Below the pieces are notes generated by a model that searched no databases, was not told where the DNA came from, and saw only the letters and a list, made by a program, of their open reading frames with translations. Positions 55,253 to 64,000 of a stretch of DNA of 64,000 nucleotides are shown here, piece after piece; position 1 is the first letter of the stretch, and the number at the start of each line of letters is the position of its first letter. The translations under genes were made by a program, and so were the position numbers. Origin of the DNA: an uncultured virus (IMG/VR IMGVR_UViG_3300042544_003738) (taxonomy: Duplodnaviria > Heunggongvirae > Uroviricota > Caudoviricetes); IMG/VR virus record IMGVR_UViG_3300042544_003738, positions 1-64,000 of that record; one strand, given 5' to 3'.

Positions 55253-56140
55253 ATGAAAATAAAAATGCCCAGCACCAAGGACGTCAAAAAGGCCACCAAC
55301 AGTGTGACAAAAACTGTCACTGACACCAGCAACACTGTGGTTAAAGAAACTACCAAAACTGTTGACAAGGCTGTTGACACAATAGCCAACACAGCCACTG
55401 ATGCCTACAAGGACGCATCTAAGGCAGCGTCTGATGCCTACAATTATTCAGTAAGCTTGGCTAACAATACTGCTGCTGTGAGTGCAAGTGTTGCCAACAC
55501 CGTTGCCAAAAACACCGAAGAGGCTGCCAAACAGGGCATCAACGTTGCTAGTGATGAGTGGAAGAAGGGCAGTGCTCTAGCACAAGACTTGTATAAGGAT
55601 GGTGCTGAGGCAGTTGTCAAAGCTGCTGAAGATGCATATGCCTGGGCGGATGCTAATGCCTGTAGAATTGGCTTGAACTATGCACTCACAACTGGTATAG
55701 TGCTCTACTTTGCTCCCAAGCCTGCTCCAGGTGATCCAGGCACTGTGAATTCAACCGCAGCCAGCATGACCTGGGTTGCCTGGTTTGCATCACAAGCGGG
55801 TAAGGCTGCCTCCGCAGCACAAACTATGGCATTGAGTTGCAGTATCAGTTACATCATAACCGAAGGCTTGTTTTTGATTCCAGGGGTAAAGGGTCAAGTG
55901 AACAAGACACTTGTGTTCAATGCTCTGTCAAATTGCATCAACACAACGATTACTAATGCATATCTCTGGGGTACACCAGCCGGTGTTGGTATTGCTGTGG
56001 GATCAGCCATCTCCCCAGTTATTGCAACGCTGATTTGCGAGGGTGTGCTGCCGCGTGGTGCAAGCAAGGGTCCAGACGCCAAAGCTGCTGAAGACGGCAT
56101 CAAGATGGCCAAGGACGCTTTGAAAAGCTTGGGCTTTTAA
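55253..56140 (+). CDS. Hypothetical protein, Ala/Thr-rich N-terminus and hydrophobic C-terminus
   Basis: 295-aa ORF, AAGGA RBS, GCTATAAT upstream, terminator downstream. Confidence 0.7.
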   Translation: MKIKMPSTKDVKKATNSVTKTVTDTSNTVVKETTKTVDKAVDTIANTATDAYKDASKAASDAYNYSVSLANNTAAVSASVANTVAKNTEEAAKQGINVASDEWKKGSALAQDLYKDGAEAVVKAAEDAYAWADANACRIGLNYALTTGIVLYFAPKPAPGDPGTVNSTAASMTWVAWFASQAGKAASAAQTMALSCSISYIITEGLFLIPGVKGQVNKTLVFNALSNCINTTITNAYLWGTPAGVGIAVGSAISPVIATLICEGVLPRGASKGPDAKAAEDGIKMAKDALKSLGF

Positions 56141-56142
56141 CA

Positions 56143-56178
56143 ATCAAAGGAGCTGGACACAAATCCAGCTCCTTTGAT
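56143..56178. terminator. Bidirectional terminator
   Basis: atcaaaggagctgga-cacaaa-tccagctcctttgat between convergent genes. Confidence 0.75.
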
Positions 56179-57212
56179 CATGTAAAGATATCACTCAATG
56201 CGTTTTGATATTCTGGAAACTGTTGAAAAAACCTTTCTGTAAAAACAACCAAATCTCCCTCTCGCGTATAAACTTTGTTACTGCGGCTGGGAGACAAAGT
56301 TTCTCCCTCCTCCGGCAGTTTGTCTAGCTTGGCCATTTCCCTAGCGTTCAACTGAAACCAAGGCACCCTATCTTTCCAAAAGCTGACTTTTCCAGATTTT
56401 GTCAATTGCTCCTGATACACTTTGTAGAGATGGACTTTCTCACTGTTGCTGGGCAGCAGGGCTCGAGGCACAGCCAATAGATCGTTCACACCTGCCAGGA
56501 TGCTGTTGCTTGCGAGGCTGCTGGCCCTGATATCAGTTTCAGTCAAAATTTGATGATAGCTACTACTAATAGGAACATAATCATGTTCCAAGAACCAATT
56601 GATTACATTAGTGACTTTTTGCAGTTCCACTGCATTATTGTGATTGCATTCAAAGAATATCCAAGGTTGGTCTTGTTGAATACGGGCAGCCGCACCTTTG
56701 AGAACATCAAGCTCATGACCTTCAACATCAATTTTCATGAGCTTGATTTTGGGAAGATCAAGGCTGTCAATGCAAACAGTTTTCACAGTGCGGTTTCCGC
56801 CCTCTGATCCCACAATATGGCTGGTGCCAGTTTGTTTGGGATTGTATTGAAAGCTGATTTCTCCACTTTGTTGACTCACTGCCTGGTTGTGGATTTGATA
56901 AATGCTTTCCTTGCCTGCATAGCTACGCATTATGCATTCACAATTTTCTTGAATGGGTTCAAACATAATTGTTTGACTACAGAAGCTTTGACTCAAAAAT
57001 TCCCAGCTGGCAACACCATAGTTTGCACCAATATCCAACAGCAGTCCTGGTCCTTCCAGTCCCAGTGACTTCCAGCTTTTCCACCATTTCTTGAACAACC
57101 AATTGTCATTTTGGAGACGTAGCTTGCTGCTCCAGAAGTCAGCTTTGTTTATGTGTAGATTCAAACCATTGAATGGCAAAACTTCTGTTTTGAGGTCGGG
57201 TAGCCGTTCCAT
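56178..57212 (-). CDS. FkbM-family SAM-dependent methyltransferase
   Basis: LDIGANYG, FEP, KIDVEGHE..VLKGA, P.IFFE motifs. Confidence 0.88.
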   Translation of the reverse strand: MERLPDLKTEVLPFNGLNLHINKADFWSSKLRLQNDNWLFKKWWKSWKSLGLEGPGLLLDIGANYGVASWEFLSQSFCSQTIMFEPIQENCECIMRSYAGKESIYQIHNQAVSQQSGEISFQYNPKQTGTSHIVGSEGGNRTVKTVCIDSLDLPKIKLMKIDVEGHELDVLKGAAARIQQDQPWIFFECNHNNAVELQKVTNVINWFLEHDYVPISSSYHQILTETDIRASSLASNSILAGVNDLLAVPRALLPSNSEKVHLYKVYQEQLTKSGKVSFWKDRVPWFQLNAREMAKLDKLPEEGETLSPSRSNKVYTREGDLVVFTERFFQQFPEYQNALSDIFT

Positions 57213-57348
57213 CGTATTATTCCTGAGTATAGGTAATCAAGTAGAGTTTGGCTTAGGGAAGGGGGTGTGTCAATATTGACTTTATTGGATACAGATCCCT
57301 ATTATATGTGTAAATAGTAGTGTAACATCTATCACACAAGGCCCTATT

Positions 57349-58968
57349 ATGACACCACTTGAAAAGATCCAAAATCTGCTAAGCAATCACAAGATAGATG
57401 GTATTGCAACTAGAGTCAAACATGACGTGAACTTGTTGACCACTGTGAATTCTTGGAGTGCAAGCCAGTACTGTGATCTATTGAGCGAGAAGATCTATTG
57501 CTATGTTAAACAGCTTAGCCAGCCCCCTGCATGTGTATGTGGAAAATCAGTAAGCTTTATTAGCATAACCAAGGGTCACAGAGAATTCTGTTCAAAAGAG
57601 TGTGTGCATGCCAAGGCTGCTGCAACAGAACGTCGTGTTAAGGTTCTCAAAGAGAACGGCGGTGTAGGGCTAGCAAATCCTAAATCCAAAGCTAAAGCAC
57701 AACAAACACTTGAAAATACATATGGGGTGTCAAATGCGTTCTGCCTTCCCCACGTAGATACTCATCGATTAGTGAACAATCCCATGAAGGATCCTAAAAA
57801 TGTGGAAAGGATAAGACAACAATGCCTAGAGCAGTATGGCGTAGATTGGCATAGCAAGAGGCAGGATGTGATCGCCAAAACAACAGAAACTCTTAATAAC
57901 AAATACGGTGTCTCAAACCCAGCTCAGAAAAATTATAGTTCTCTTGCAAACCAAGTGCTTAATGATCCTGTTGCGCTCAAAACCATGTTTGAAACATCAA
58001 ATATATCAAATATGGCTCAAGAACTAGCTGTTTGTGAGACCACAATACTCAAATACCTCAAAATATGGGGAATCCGCCAGCCAAATGAAATATCAGCTGA
58101 ACTACAGTTGAACAGCTGGTTGAAAGCTCAAGGTTTTGTTGATTTTGAGAAAACTCGAACAACCTTGCTTAACAAGCAGGAAATTGACCTCTATAGTGAG
58201 AGTCAGCACCTTGGCATAGAATATTGTGGCTTATATTGGCATAGTCAGCGTCACAAACAACGAGGGTATCACAAGAACAAATATATTGCCTGTCGAGACC
58301 AAGGCATCAAATTGATAACCATATTTGAGGATGAATGGCTCAATAGATCACAAATTGTGAAATCTAGGCTATCACAAATATTGGGCATCAATAAACGAGG
58401 GCCCGGGGCCCGATGCCTCAGACTCTCTTGCATCTCCAGTAGTCAAGCAACAGATTTCTTGAACACCCATCATATAAGTGGCGCAGCCAAAGCAGAAGTT
58501 GCTGTGGGTGCATATGACCTAAATCAAAAATTGGTTGCTGTGATGACATTCAGTCAAGGTCGAAAGTTCACAAAGCCCAAAGAAGTTTGGCAGTGGGAAA
58601 TGGTGCGATTCAGCACAGATGGGCAGCATTATGCTGGTATTGCTGCAAGATTGTTTAATCATTTTGAGAAAACATATCAGCCCCAAAGTGTGCTCAGTTA
58701 TGCTGACCTCAGATGGGGCCAAGGGTTATATCTTGCACATCTGGGATTTAGGCGCTTTGAAGATACCCCACCCAATTATTGGTATTTCAGTCTCAAAAAT
58801 CCTGACTTCAAACGATATCATAGATTTACATTCAACAAACAGTCCATGATCAAAAAGTATCCCCATCTTGTTACAGAAGGCTGCACTGAATATTCCATGG
58901 CCCAAGGGGCAGGCTTGGAAAGGATTTGGGATTGTGGCAACGCTAAATGGATATGGTATAAAACATGA
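57349..58968 (+). CDS. Free-standing homing endonuclease-like protein (Hef-like; paralog of 35581-37224)
   Basis: YGV.N repeats; EIDLY..GIEYCGLYWHS..YHKNK..GIKLITIFEDEW; C-terminal SYADLRW..WDCG. Confidence 0.8.
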   Translation: MTPLEKIQNLLSNHKIDGIATRVKHDVNLLTTVNSWSASQYCDLLSEKIYCYVKQLSQPPACVCGKSVSFISITKGHREFCSKECVHAKAAATERRVKVLKENGGVGLANPKSKAKAQQTLENTYGVSNAFCLPHVDTHRLVNNPMKDPKNVERIRQQCLEQYGVDWHSKRQDVIAKTTETLNNKYGVSNPAQKNYSSLANQVLNDPVALKTMFETSNISNMAQELAVCETTILKYLKIWGIRQPNEISAELQLNSWLKAQGFVDFEKTRTTLLNKQEIDLYSESQHLGIEYCGLYWHSQRHKQRGYHKNKYIACRDQGIKLITIFEDEWLNRSQIVKSRLSQILGINKRGPGARCLRLSCISSSQATDFLNTHHISGAAKAEVAVGAYDLNQKLVAVMTFSQGRKFTKPKEVWQWEMVRFSTDGQHYAGIAARLFNHFEKTYQPQSVLSYADLRWGQGLYLAHLGFRRFEDTPPNYWYFSLKNPDFKRYHRFTFNKQSMIKKYPHLVTEGCTEYSMAQGAGLERIWDCGNAKWIWYKT

Positions 58969-58995
58969 AAAGCCTGGGAGAAATCCCAGGCTTTT
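58968..58995. terminator. Rho-independent terminator
   Basis: aaaagcctggga-gaaa-tcccaggctttt. Confidence 0.8.
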
Positions 58996-59069
58996 GTCGT
59001 AGCCTCATTTGATACTGGATTTGACATATCGCTATAAATACAACAAACTTAAATTGGAGAGTTTGTTAA

Positions 59070-59924
59070 ATGATCGAATGTCAAATCTGCAAAAGACAAT
59101 TGGGCACCTTGGTAGGTAAGCACCTCAAAAGCCATGGTTTATCAAGTCAAGAGTATCAAGAAAAATTTCCTGGGAATCCTGTTAGCGCAATGAAGCCATG
59201 GACAGAGGAGTTGCGTGCCAAACAAAAACAAGTGCGGACTGGCAGAAAACACAGCGAAGAAACCAAACAAAAAATTGGTGTTGGTAACAAGGGTAAAATT
59301 ATGCCTAGAGAAGCTGTGGAGCGGCAAAAAGAAAGTTACCAGAAATTTTTAGAGAGTAATGGTGGCAGTCCTCAAAAAGGCTACAAACGTAGTGACGAAT
59401 TCAAAAAGAGAATGAGTCACATAGCACAAACTAGAGATCCTGCACTAGTGCAACAAAAGGTTGAACAGATGTGGGCTGCACGGCGCGGCAGCAAGGCTAC
59501 TGATGAACAAAAGGAAAATTACAGTCGGGGTAGACTGAAGTTTATGGCGGAAAATCCAGACAAGCTTGGAATGAAATTATTCAATACTAAACCGGAGCTA
59601 CAGTTTGAACAAATCCTTATTGAATCAGGGCTGATATATCGCAAATTTGTACGTGTCGGATTGTTTCTTTATGACTTCGTAATAAATGAAAAAATATTAG
59701 TTGAAATAGATGGACCATATCATTACAACAAGAATTTATATGGTAAGAAAGATGATGCAGAATCTATTAAACTTGAAGGGCTCGCTAAGACTCAAGCACG
59801 AGATGCACGCAAGACTGCAAACGCTATTGCGCAAGGGTACCAAATATTCCGCATCAAAGTTCCTGGTGCATTGGCTGATGATTGGAGAGAGCAATTGTTA
59901 CTGCAAGGTTGCACATTGTTTTAA
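59070..59924 (+). CDS. Homing endonuclease (NUMOD3 + Vsr/DUF559-like)
   Basis: CQIC..HLKSH, GRKHSEETKQKI, YDF..LVEIDGPYH, D..K...A...GY; TATAAATA at 59033-59040. Confidence 0.8.
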   Translation: MIECQICKRQLGTLVGKHLKSHGLSSQEYQEKFPGNPVSAMKPWTEELRAKQKQVRTGRKHSEETKQKIGVGNKGKIMPREAVERQKESYQKFLESNGGSPQKGYKRSDEFKKRMSHIAQTRDPALVQQKVEQMWAARRGSKATDEQKENYSRGRLKFMAENPDKLGMKLFNTKPELQFEQILIESGLIYRKFVRVGLFLYDFVINEKILVEIDGPYHYNKNLYGKKDDAESIKLEGLAKTQARDARKTANAIAQGYQIFRIKVPGALADDWREQLLLQGCTLF

Positions 59925-59960
59925 GATAAAACCCCGGGAGAGATCCCGGGGTTTTATCTT
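59923..59960. terminator. Bidirectional terminator downstream of capsid gene
   Basis: aagataaaaccccggga-gaga-tcccggggttttatctt. Confidence 0.85.
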
Positions 59961-60007
59961 GTCGTTTTCCACCATTAGCTTCAAAAAAAGCTAATGATAT
60001 CAATAAC

Positions 60008-61222
60008 TTAAAGAAATTTCAAATTCGCAGTATTTATGGCGATGCCAGCCAAGTAGTCAGCAGCATTACCAAGTGAACTTGCTACGTTGCTGAGTTCCAA
60101 GTAACCATATCGTGACATGAAAGATACCACTGGTTCGAAGGTGTTGGGATCAATCACAACACCACTGCTTGTCAGTGGCACATATGGGCAATAATACGCA
60201 GCCGCATCAATTTCGCCAGGACCCTTGTAACCAACTAGCACAGGGGTATCATCAGCAGCATATTGGTCCACATACACGCGAACTGAGTTGTTCAAAACGC
60301 CAACGAACTTGGTGTTGGTTGGAGCTTCGAATGTGCCTTCAGTTGTGCGAGCGAAAGCGGAAGTTGTTGCGCTTTGCAGGATTGTCAGTGCTGTGGGGGA
60401 AACCACAACCCAGTTACCAGCACCACGACGTGTGCGAGCAGCAATCAAGTTTGCACCACGGTTGATCAAGACAGCAAGAGCAGCATGCTCGTCACCAACG
60501 AATGTGGCAGTGCCGGAGACAGCGCCTTGGTCGTATGTGAGAGTGATGCCAGCTAGGTTGCGCAGGCTGTTTAGGATCTCTTGGTCAATTTCAGCTGTGA
60601 TTTCTTGAGCTAGAGCAGCCATAATCTCAGCTTCGATGTCAATGCCTTGTTGGGCTTGTGCATCTTGTGCAGCCTCGAAAGTCCAGCGAGCGCTGAGCTT
60701 GCGGGTCTTGGCTTCCACAGTCTCTTTCAAGATCTGGATGTTTAGTCTCTTGCCAGCTGTGCCTTCAAGTGTTGCAGCAGCAGCACCGCGAGGGTTGTTC
60801 ACATCGCCATTACCGCTGTAAAAGCGAGCAATGTCAAAGGGGCTGAGAGCTTCAGTACCAGCAATCACGCCACCAGCTACTGCTGGATTGGGGTATGTGT
60901 CGGCATAACGCACACGCAGGGTGTGGATTTGCCCAACGGGACCTGTCATTGGTTGCACGCCGATGATCTCGTTAGCGATAACAGTTGGCATCACTCGACG
61001 GATAACGGGCAGGATAACCTTGTTTAGGGTAGCAACGTTGCCTTGGCTTGTTGAACCAGGTGTTGCGTTTTCAAACAAGATGCCTGCTTTGCTGCTTAGG
61101 TCACGCTTGGTATTCTCAAGAACCACTTCCATAACTTTCTTGCGATTGCCGGTGAGGCCTTCGCAAAGAGCGTCTCTGGTGAGATTCCAGTTGGCTTCAA
61201 AAAGGTTGCCTTTCATAGTCAT
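60008..61222 (-). CDS. Major capsid protein (T4 gp23-like)
   Basis: IGVQPMTGPVGQI..LR, TRKLSARWTFEAAQD, EITAEIDQE, YCPYVPL, FMSRYG; AAGGAG RBS. Confidence 0.95.
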   Translation of the reverse strand: MTMKGNLFEANWNLTRDALCEGLTGNRKKVMEVVLENTKRDLSSKAGILFENATPGSTSQGNVATLNKVILPVIRRVMPTVIANEIIGVQPMTGPVGQIHTLRVRYADTYPNPAVAGGVIAGTEALSPFDIARFYSGNGDVNNPRGAAAATLEGTAGKRLNIQILKETVEAKTRKLSARWTFEAAQDAQAQQGIDIEAEIMAALAQEITAEIDQEILNSLRNLAGITLTYDQGAVSGTATFVGDEHAALAVLINRGANLIAARTRRGAGNWVVVSPTALTILQSATTSAFARTTEGTFEAPTNTKFVGVLNNSVRVYVDQYAADDTPVLVGYKGPGEIDAAAYYCPYVPLTSSGVVIDPNTFEPVVSFMSRYGYLELSNVASSLGNAADYLAGIAINTANLKFL

Positions 61223-61229
61223 TTTCTCC

Positions 61230-62435
61230 TTATTGTGCTTTGGCGACACCGGCCAAATACAAGATATTTTGAAGATCGCGATCTTCAGTTGGGTTTTGTT
61301 GTGTTTCCACGAGACTTACGCGGTCTCCGGAATGTGCCACAGCTCTGCTGGGTTTTGCTTGCACAGCCTTTGGTGCGGCTGGTGCATTTTGGTTCAACAC
61401 TGCGGGCAAGTATCTGTGATAGCTTTCTTTGAGGTGTGTGGTTTTCACATCTTCCAAAAGGCTTTCCATGATCTTTTTCTTGTCTCTGGCCAAGGGGTTC
61501 AACAGCTCATTGAGCACTTGGGCTCTTTGAAGCTGAGCTTGTGCTGCACGGCTTTGTGCACGAACGCTTTCCAAGAGATTTTCTTTCTCATGAATTGCCT
61601 TTTGTGCCTCAGCTAGTGCTGCTTGTTGCGTCTTGAGTTGATCACTGAGCTTTTTGACTTGAGTACCTTCTGCAAGGTAGCTGGTCATAAATTCAGCGGC
61701 CACAGCTTCGAATATTTTACGACCAAAATTGTTCTCACGAGCAATTTTGATATCGTCTCTCCATTGCACCAACTCGCGCTTGATGACCTCGTTCAAGGTT
61801 TTATCAACCACAGTGGTTGCTCTGTTGACAAATGAGCGTTGGGTTTCATCCAGCTTGCGTTTTGCTTCGCTTGCCAGTTTGACTCGTTGCTCTACCAGAG
61901 CCTTTTTGTCAGATTGAAATTCGGAAATTTCTTCTGACAATTGCTGAAGAACAAAGTTCTCCAGTTTGCCAATTTTAGCTTCGAGGGCTGCTTGAGCGTT
62001 TTTCTTACTCTCCAGCAGTTCGGTAGCCATAGATTTGCGTTGAACGGCCAACTGTTTTCTGTCGGCTTTGAACTCAGTAATTTCCTTGCGGATTTCACCT
62101 TGCATAAACTGTTCCATCATTTTCACATGTTGGGCCAGCTTTTTGTTGTAAGTGGATTTTGCCTCACTAACAGCCTGGGTGAGCTGCACCTTTTTGGCTG
62201 CTACTGCTTGCTTGTCTTGAGAGAACTCACTGAGTTCTTTTCTCACAACATCGTTCAACATCTTGTCCATGGCTTCCACAAGCAATCCGCGCTCGTGCTC
62301 GAAGCGATGAGCATAACTTTCTTGGAGCTTTGTCTCAGCTTCTTTGAGCTTGTTTGTGAATGCTTCCTGAAGGGCAGTTTTGGCTTCGGGGCCAAGCACT
62401 TCGTTCTCCAGGAGCTCTTGTAGTTGTTTTTCCAT
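61230..62435 (-). CDS. Prohead core/scaffold protein (T4 gp22-like)
   Basis: Long coiled coil, FGRKIFEA motif, between protease and capsid genes. Confidence 0.82.
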   Translation of the reverse strand: MEKQLQELLENEVLGPEAKTALQEAFTNKLKEAETKLQESYAHRFEHERGLLVEAMDKMLNDVVRKELSEFSQDKQAVAAKKVQLTQAVSEAKSTYNKKLAQHVKMMEQFMQGEIRKEITEFKADRKQLAVQRKSMATELLESKKNAQAALEAKIGKLENFVLQQLSEEISEFQSDKKALVEQRVKLASEAKRKLDETQRSFVNRATTVVDKTLNEVIKRELVQWRDDIKIARENNFGRKIFEAVAAEFMTSYLAEGTQVKKLSDQLKTQQAALAEAQKAIHEKENLLESVRAQSRAAQAQLQRAQVLNELLNPLARDKKKIMESLLEDVKTTHLKESYHRYLPAVLNQNAPAAPKAVQAKPSRAVAHSGDRVSLVETQQNPTEDRDLQNILYLAGVAKAQ

Positions 62436-62453
62436 AGGACTGGCGTCTCCTTG

Positions 62454-63086
62454 TTAAATCTTCAACTCGTTAACCCAGCGGAGCAGGGTCTTGGTGAGAT
62501 GCTTTTGAGCCTTCTCATCATGACGCACGCTTTCTGCCAAGTCTCTGATGTTGCTGCCGAGCCTTCTGTGATACATAGCCTCATATACAGGCACAGGATA
62601 TGCACTTGGGGCTGAAGGTTTGGCCACTATGTCGACTGTTAACATTTCAAAATCTGAAACGTTCCCATAGGGATCGACATTGCCTGAGCCACGTGATGAA
62701 ACGCCAAGTTTTACACCACTCTCAAGCAAGGTTTTTGCAATTTGACCGCAAGGTGTTGGTAATACTTTCAACTTACCAAGGCCATTGGGACCGTCTATCC
62801 ACATTTTTTGAATGCTGTGGCTTACGCGATCTAGATGAATTTGAAGCTCTTGTGGATGATCCAGTTCACCAGGTACCCCATTGTCTTTGGATATGCTTGA
62901 ATTTACTAGCTCTACGGCTTTGCGAATCTCGTCTACAGGATAGACTCTTCCGTTATGATTTTTGATTCCGCCTTGAATGAAGATTCCTTCCATGAAGAGG
63001 TTTTTATGACCACCTTCTATGGCTTCGGTAACAACCTTCATTTGTGCATCATCAAAATGCAAGTGTTCTTGCAGAATTGAGACCAT
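62454..63086 (-). CDS. Prohead protease (T4 gp21-like)
   Basis: EGIFIQ..N.NGRVY, GELDHP, GVSSRGSG, DIVA.PSAP.AY. Confidence 0.93.
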   Translation of the reverse strand: MVSILQEHLHFDDAQMKVVTEAIEGGHKNLFMEGIFIQGGIKNHNGRVYPVDEIRKAVELVNSSISKDNGVPGELDHPQELQIHLDRVSHSIQKMWIDGPNGLGKLKVLPTPCGQIAKTLLESGVKLGVSSRGSGNVDPYGNVSDFEMLTVDIVAKPSAPSAYPVPVYEAMYHRRLGSNIRDLAESVRHDEKAQKHLTKTLLRWVNELKI

Positions 63087-63181
63087 TTTTGTTTCCTGTT
63101 TAGTTTCGTAGTAACAATATTTAACAACACTATCTGAAACAGCTGGATTTCCAGTAAGAAACCAGTGTTTTTTCAAAGAAC

Positions 63182-63210
63182 TATGCTGTAACCTTTTGAG
63201 TTACAGCATA
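63182..63210 (-). terminator. Putative terminator
   Basis: tatgctgtaac...gttacagcata inverted repeat. Confidence 0.5.
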
Positions 63211-63226
63211 ATTTCTTGTTGATAAA

Positions 63227-64000
63227 TTACTTCTTTGGTGTTGTGCCGGTGCTGCCCAGTGGGCTGCGAACGTTGGCGGCGCCAAAACCTTCTGAACGAT
63301 CTTTGTTCAACATGGCCTTTGTGCTGCCTTCCTTGCTGACATGAGTCATGTCTTCACTAGCCTTCTTGCGACGGTTGGACAAGTTCATACTGGCACTTGT
63401 GGGGGCAGATTGAAGATGATATCCATCAGCCTTTGATCCCTTGCCTGTCACAACTGGCTTGGCACCTGGAACAGGGCTTTGAACGCCTTTGGGCACTGGG
63501 CTATGCTTGCTTACATCACTACGAGAAAACTTTCCTGAGCCAACTTCGCCAACTTTCTTGAGATCAACATGAACTGTATCGAGGGCAATGGCTTCATCAA
63601 GATCATCATAGTCTTCATCAAGGTCGTCAGTGTTGTCCATCCAGCCTTCTCTCATGCCACCACCGCTAGCATCGCGCTGTAGGCGTCTTTTCAAACGCGA
63701 ATGGTCTTCACTTCCTAGTTGATCAATTAAAAAGTTCCAGCACTCATCCCACGTACCAACGTGTAGGGTGTTATCTGCTTGTCCTGGTGCTTCTGTCCAG
63801 ACTTCATATTCTTCCTCATAGTCTTCCTCATCCGCGTCAGGGTGTGGCATGTCCTGATATGTTTGACCAATATGGATGTCATCTATTACGTAGTCGGGGT
63901 TGTCCCCTTGACCACTCAGTTTGCGGATTGGGTAAGAAGTTCCATTAACAGTCACGGTTTCAAAATCGCCGCTAATTTTGTACTGTTTACCACCAGGCGT
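63227..64000 (-). CDS. Acidic prohead-core-like protein, 5'-truncated by window edge
   Basis: Frame stays open to 64000 (TPGGKQYKISGDFETVTVNG...); acidic tracts; upstream of gp21. Confidence 0.6.
   Translation of the reverse strand, partial: TPGGKQYKISGDFETVTVNGTSYPIRKLSGQGDNPDYVIDDIHIGQTYQDMPHPDADEEDYEEEYEVWTEAPGQADNTLHVGTWDECWNFLIDQLGSEDHSRLKRRLQRDASGGGMREGWMDNTDDLDEDYDDLDEAIALDTVHVDLKKVGEVGSGKFSRSDVSKHSPVPKGVQSPVPGAKPVVTGKGSKADGYHLQSAPTSASMNLSNRRKKASEDMTHVSKEGSTKAMLNKDRSEGFGAANVRSPLGSTGTTPKK

Noticed and set aside
60921..61616. 231-aa plus-strand ORF
   Set aside because: Shadow ORF antisense to capsid and scaffold genes
1..64000. Alternative genetic code (stop-codon reassignment)
   Set aside because: Core genes translate full length in the standard code and TAA, TAG and TGA all terminate genes

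Overview
A 64-kb fragment of a T4-related (myovirus-type) jumbo bacteriophage genome, densely coding and mostly on the minus strand. It holds replication/recombination genes (gp41-like helicase, gp61-like primase, a miniature DnaE-like polymerase, gp62-like clamp-loader subunit, UvsW, UvsY, UvsX/RecA, gp32 SSB, dNMP kinase) and virion/packaging genes (terminase subunits, gp4, tail tube, 1230-aa tail sheath, gp13/gp14/gp15-like, gp21 protease, gp22 scaffold, gp23 capsid, lysozyme). T4-type late promoters ((C/T)ATAAATA / TAAATA) and TTGAC..GCTA-type early promoters are frequent. Those early promoters, a Usg-like gene and the bL33 sequence point to an alphaproteobacterial host (inference). Best candidates for new biology: (1) a five-gene restriction-modification-like cassette with a split nuclease-helicase, two methyltransferases sharing a near-identical catalytic N-terminus but different C-termini, and a truncated MTase-fold subunit; (2) ribosomal protein bL33 next to an RlmN-like radical SAM enzyme lacking the adduct-resolving cysteine; (3) a homing endonuclease inserted into uvsW together with a recoded replacement 5' end; (4) two late-promoter T7 gp0.7-like kinases with Lys-to-Arg in beta3; (5) a CCA-type nucleotidyltransferase with altered templating motifs; (6) candidate structured RNAs. 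No tRNA, rRNA or CRISPR array was recognised. All family assignments come from motif recognition by eye, not database searches.
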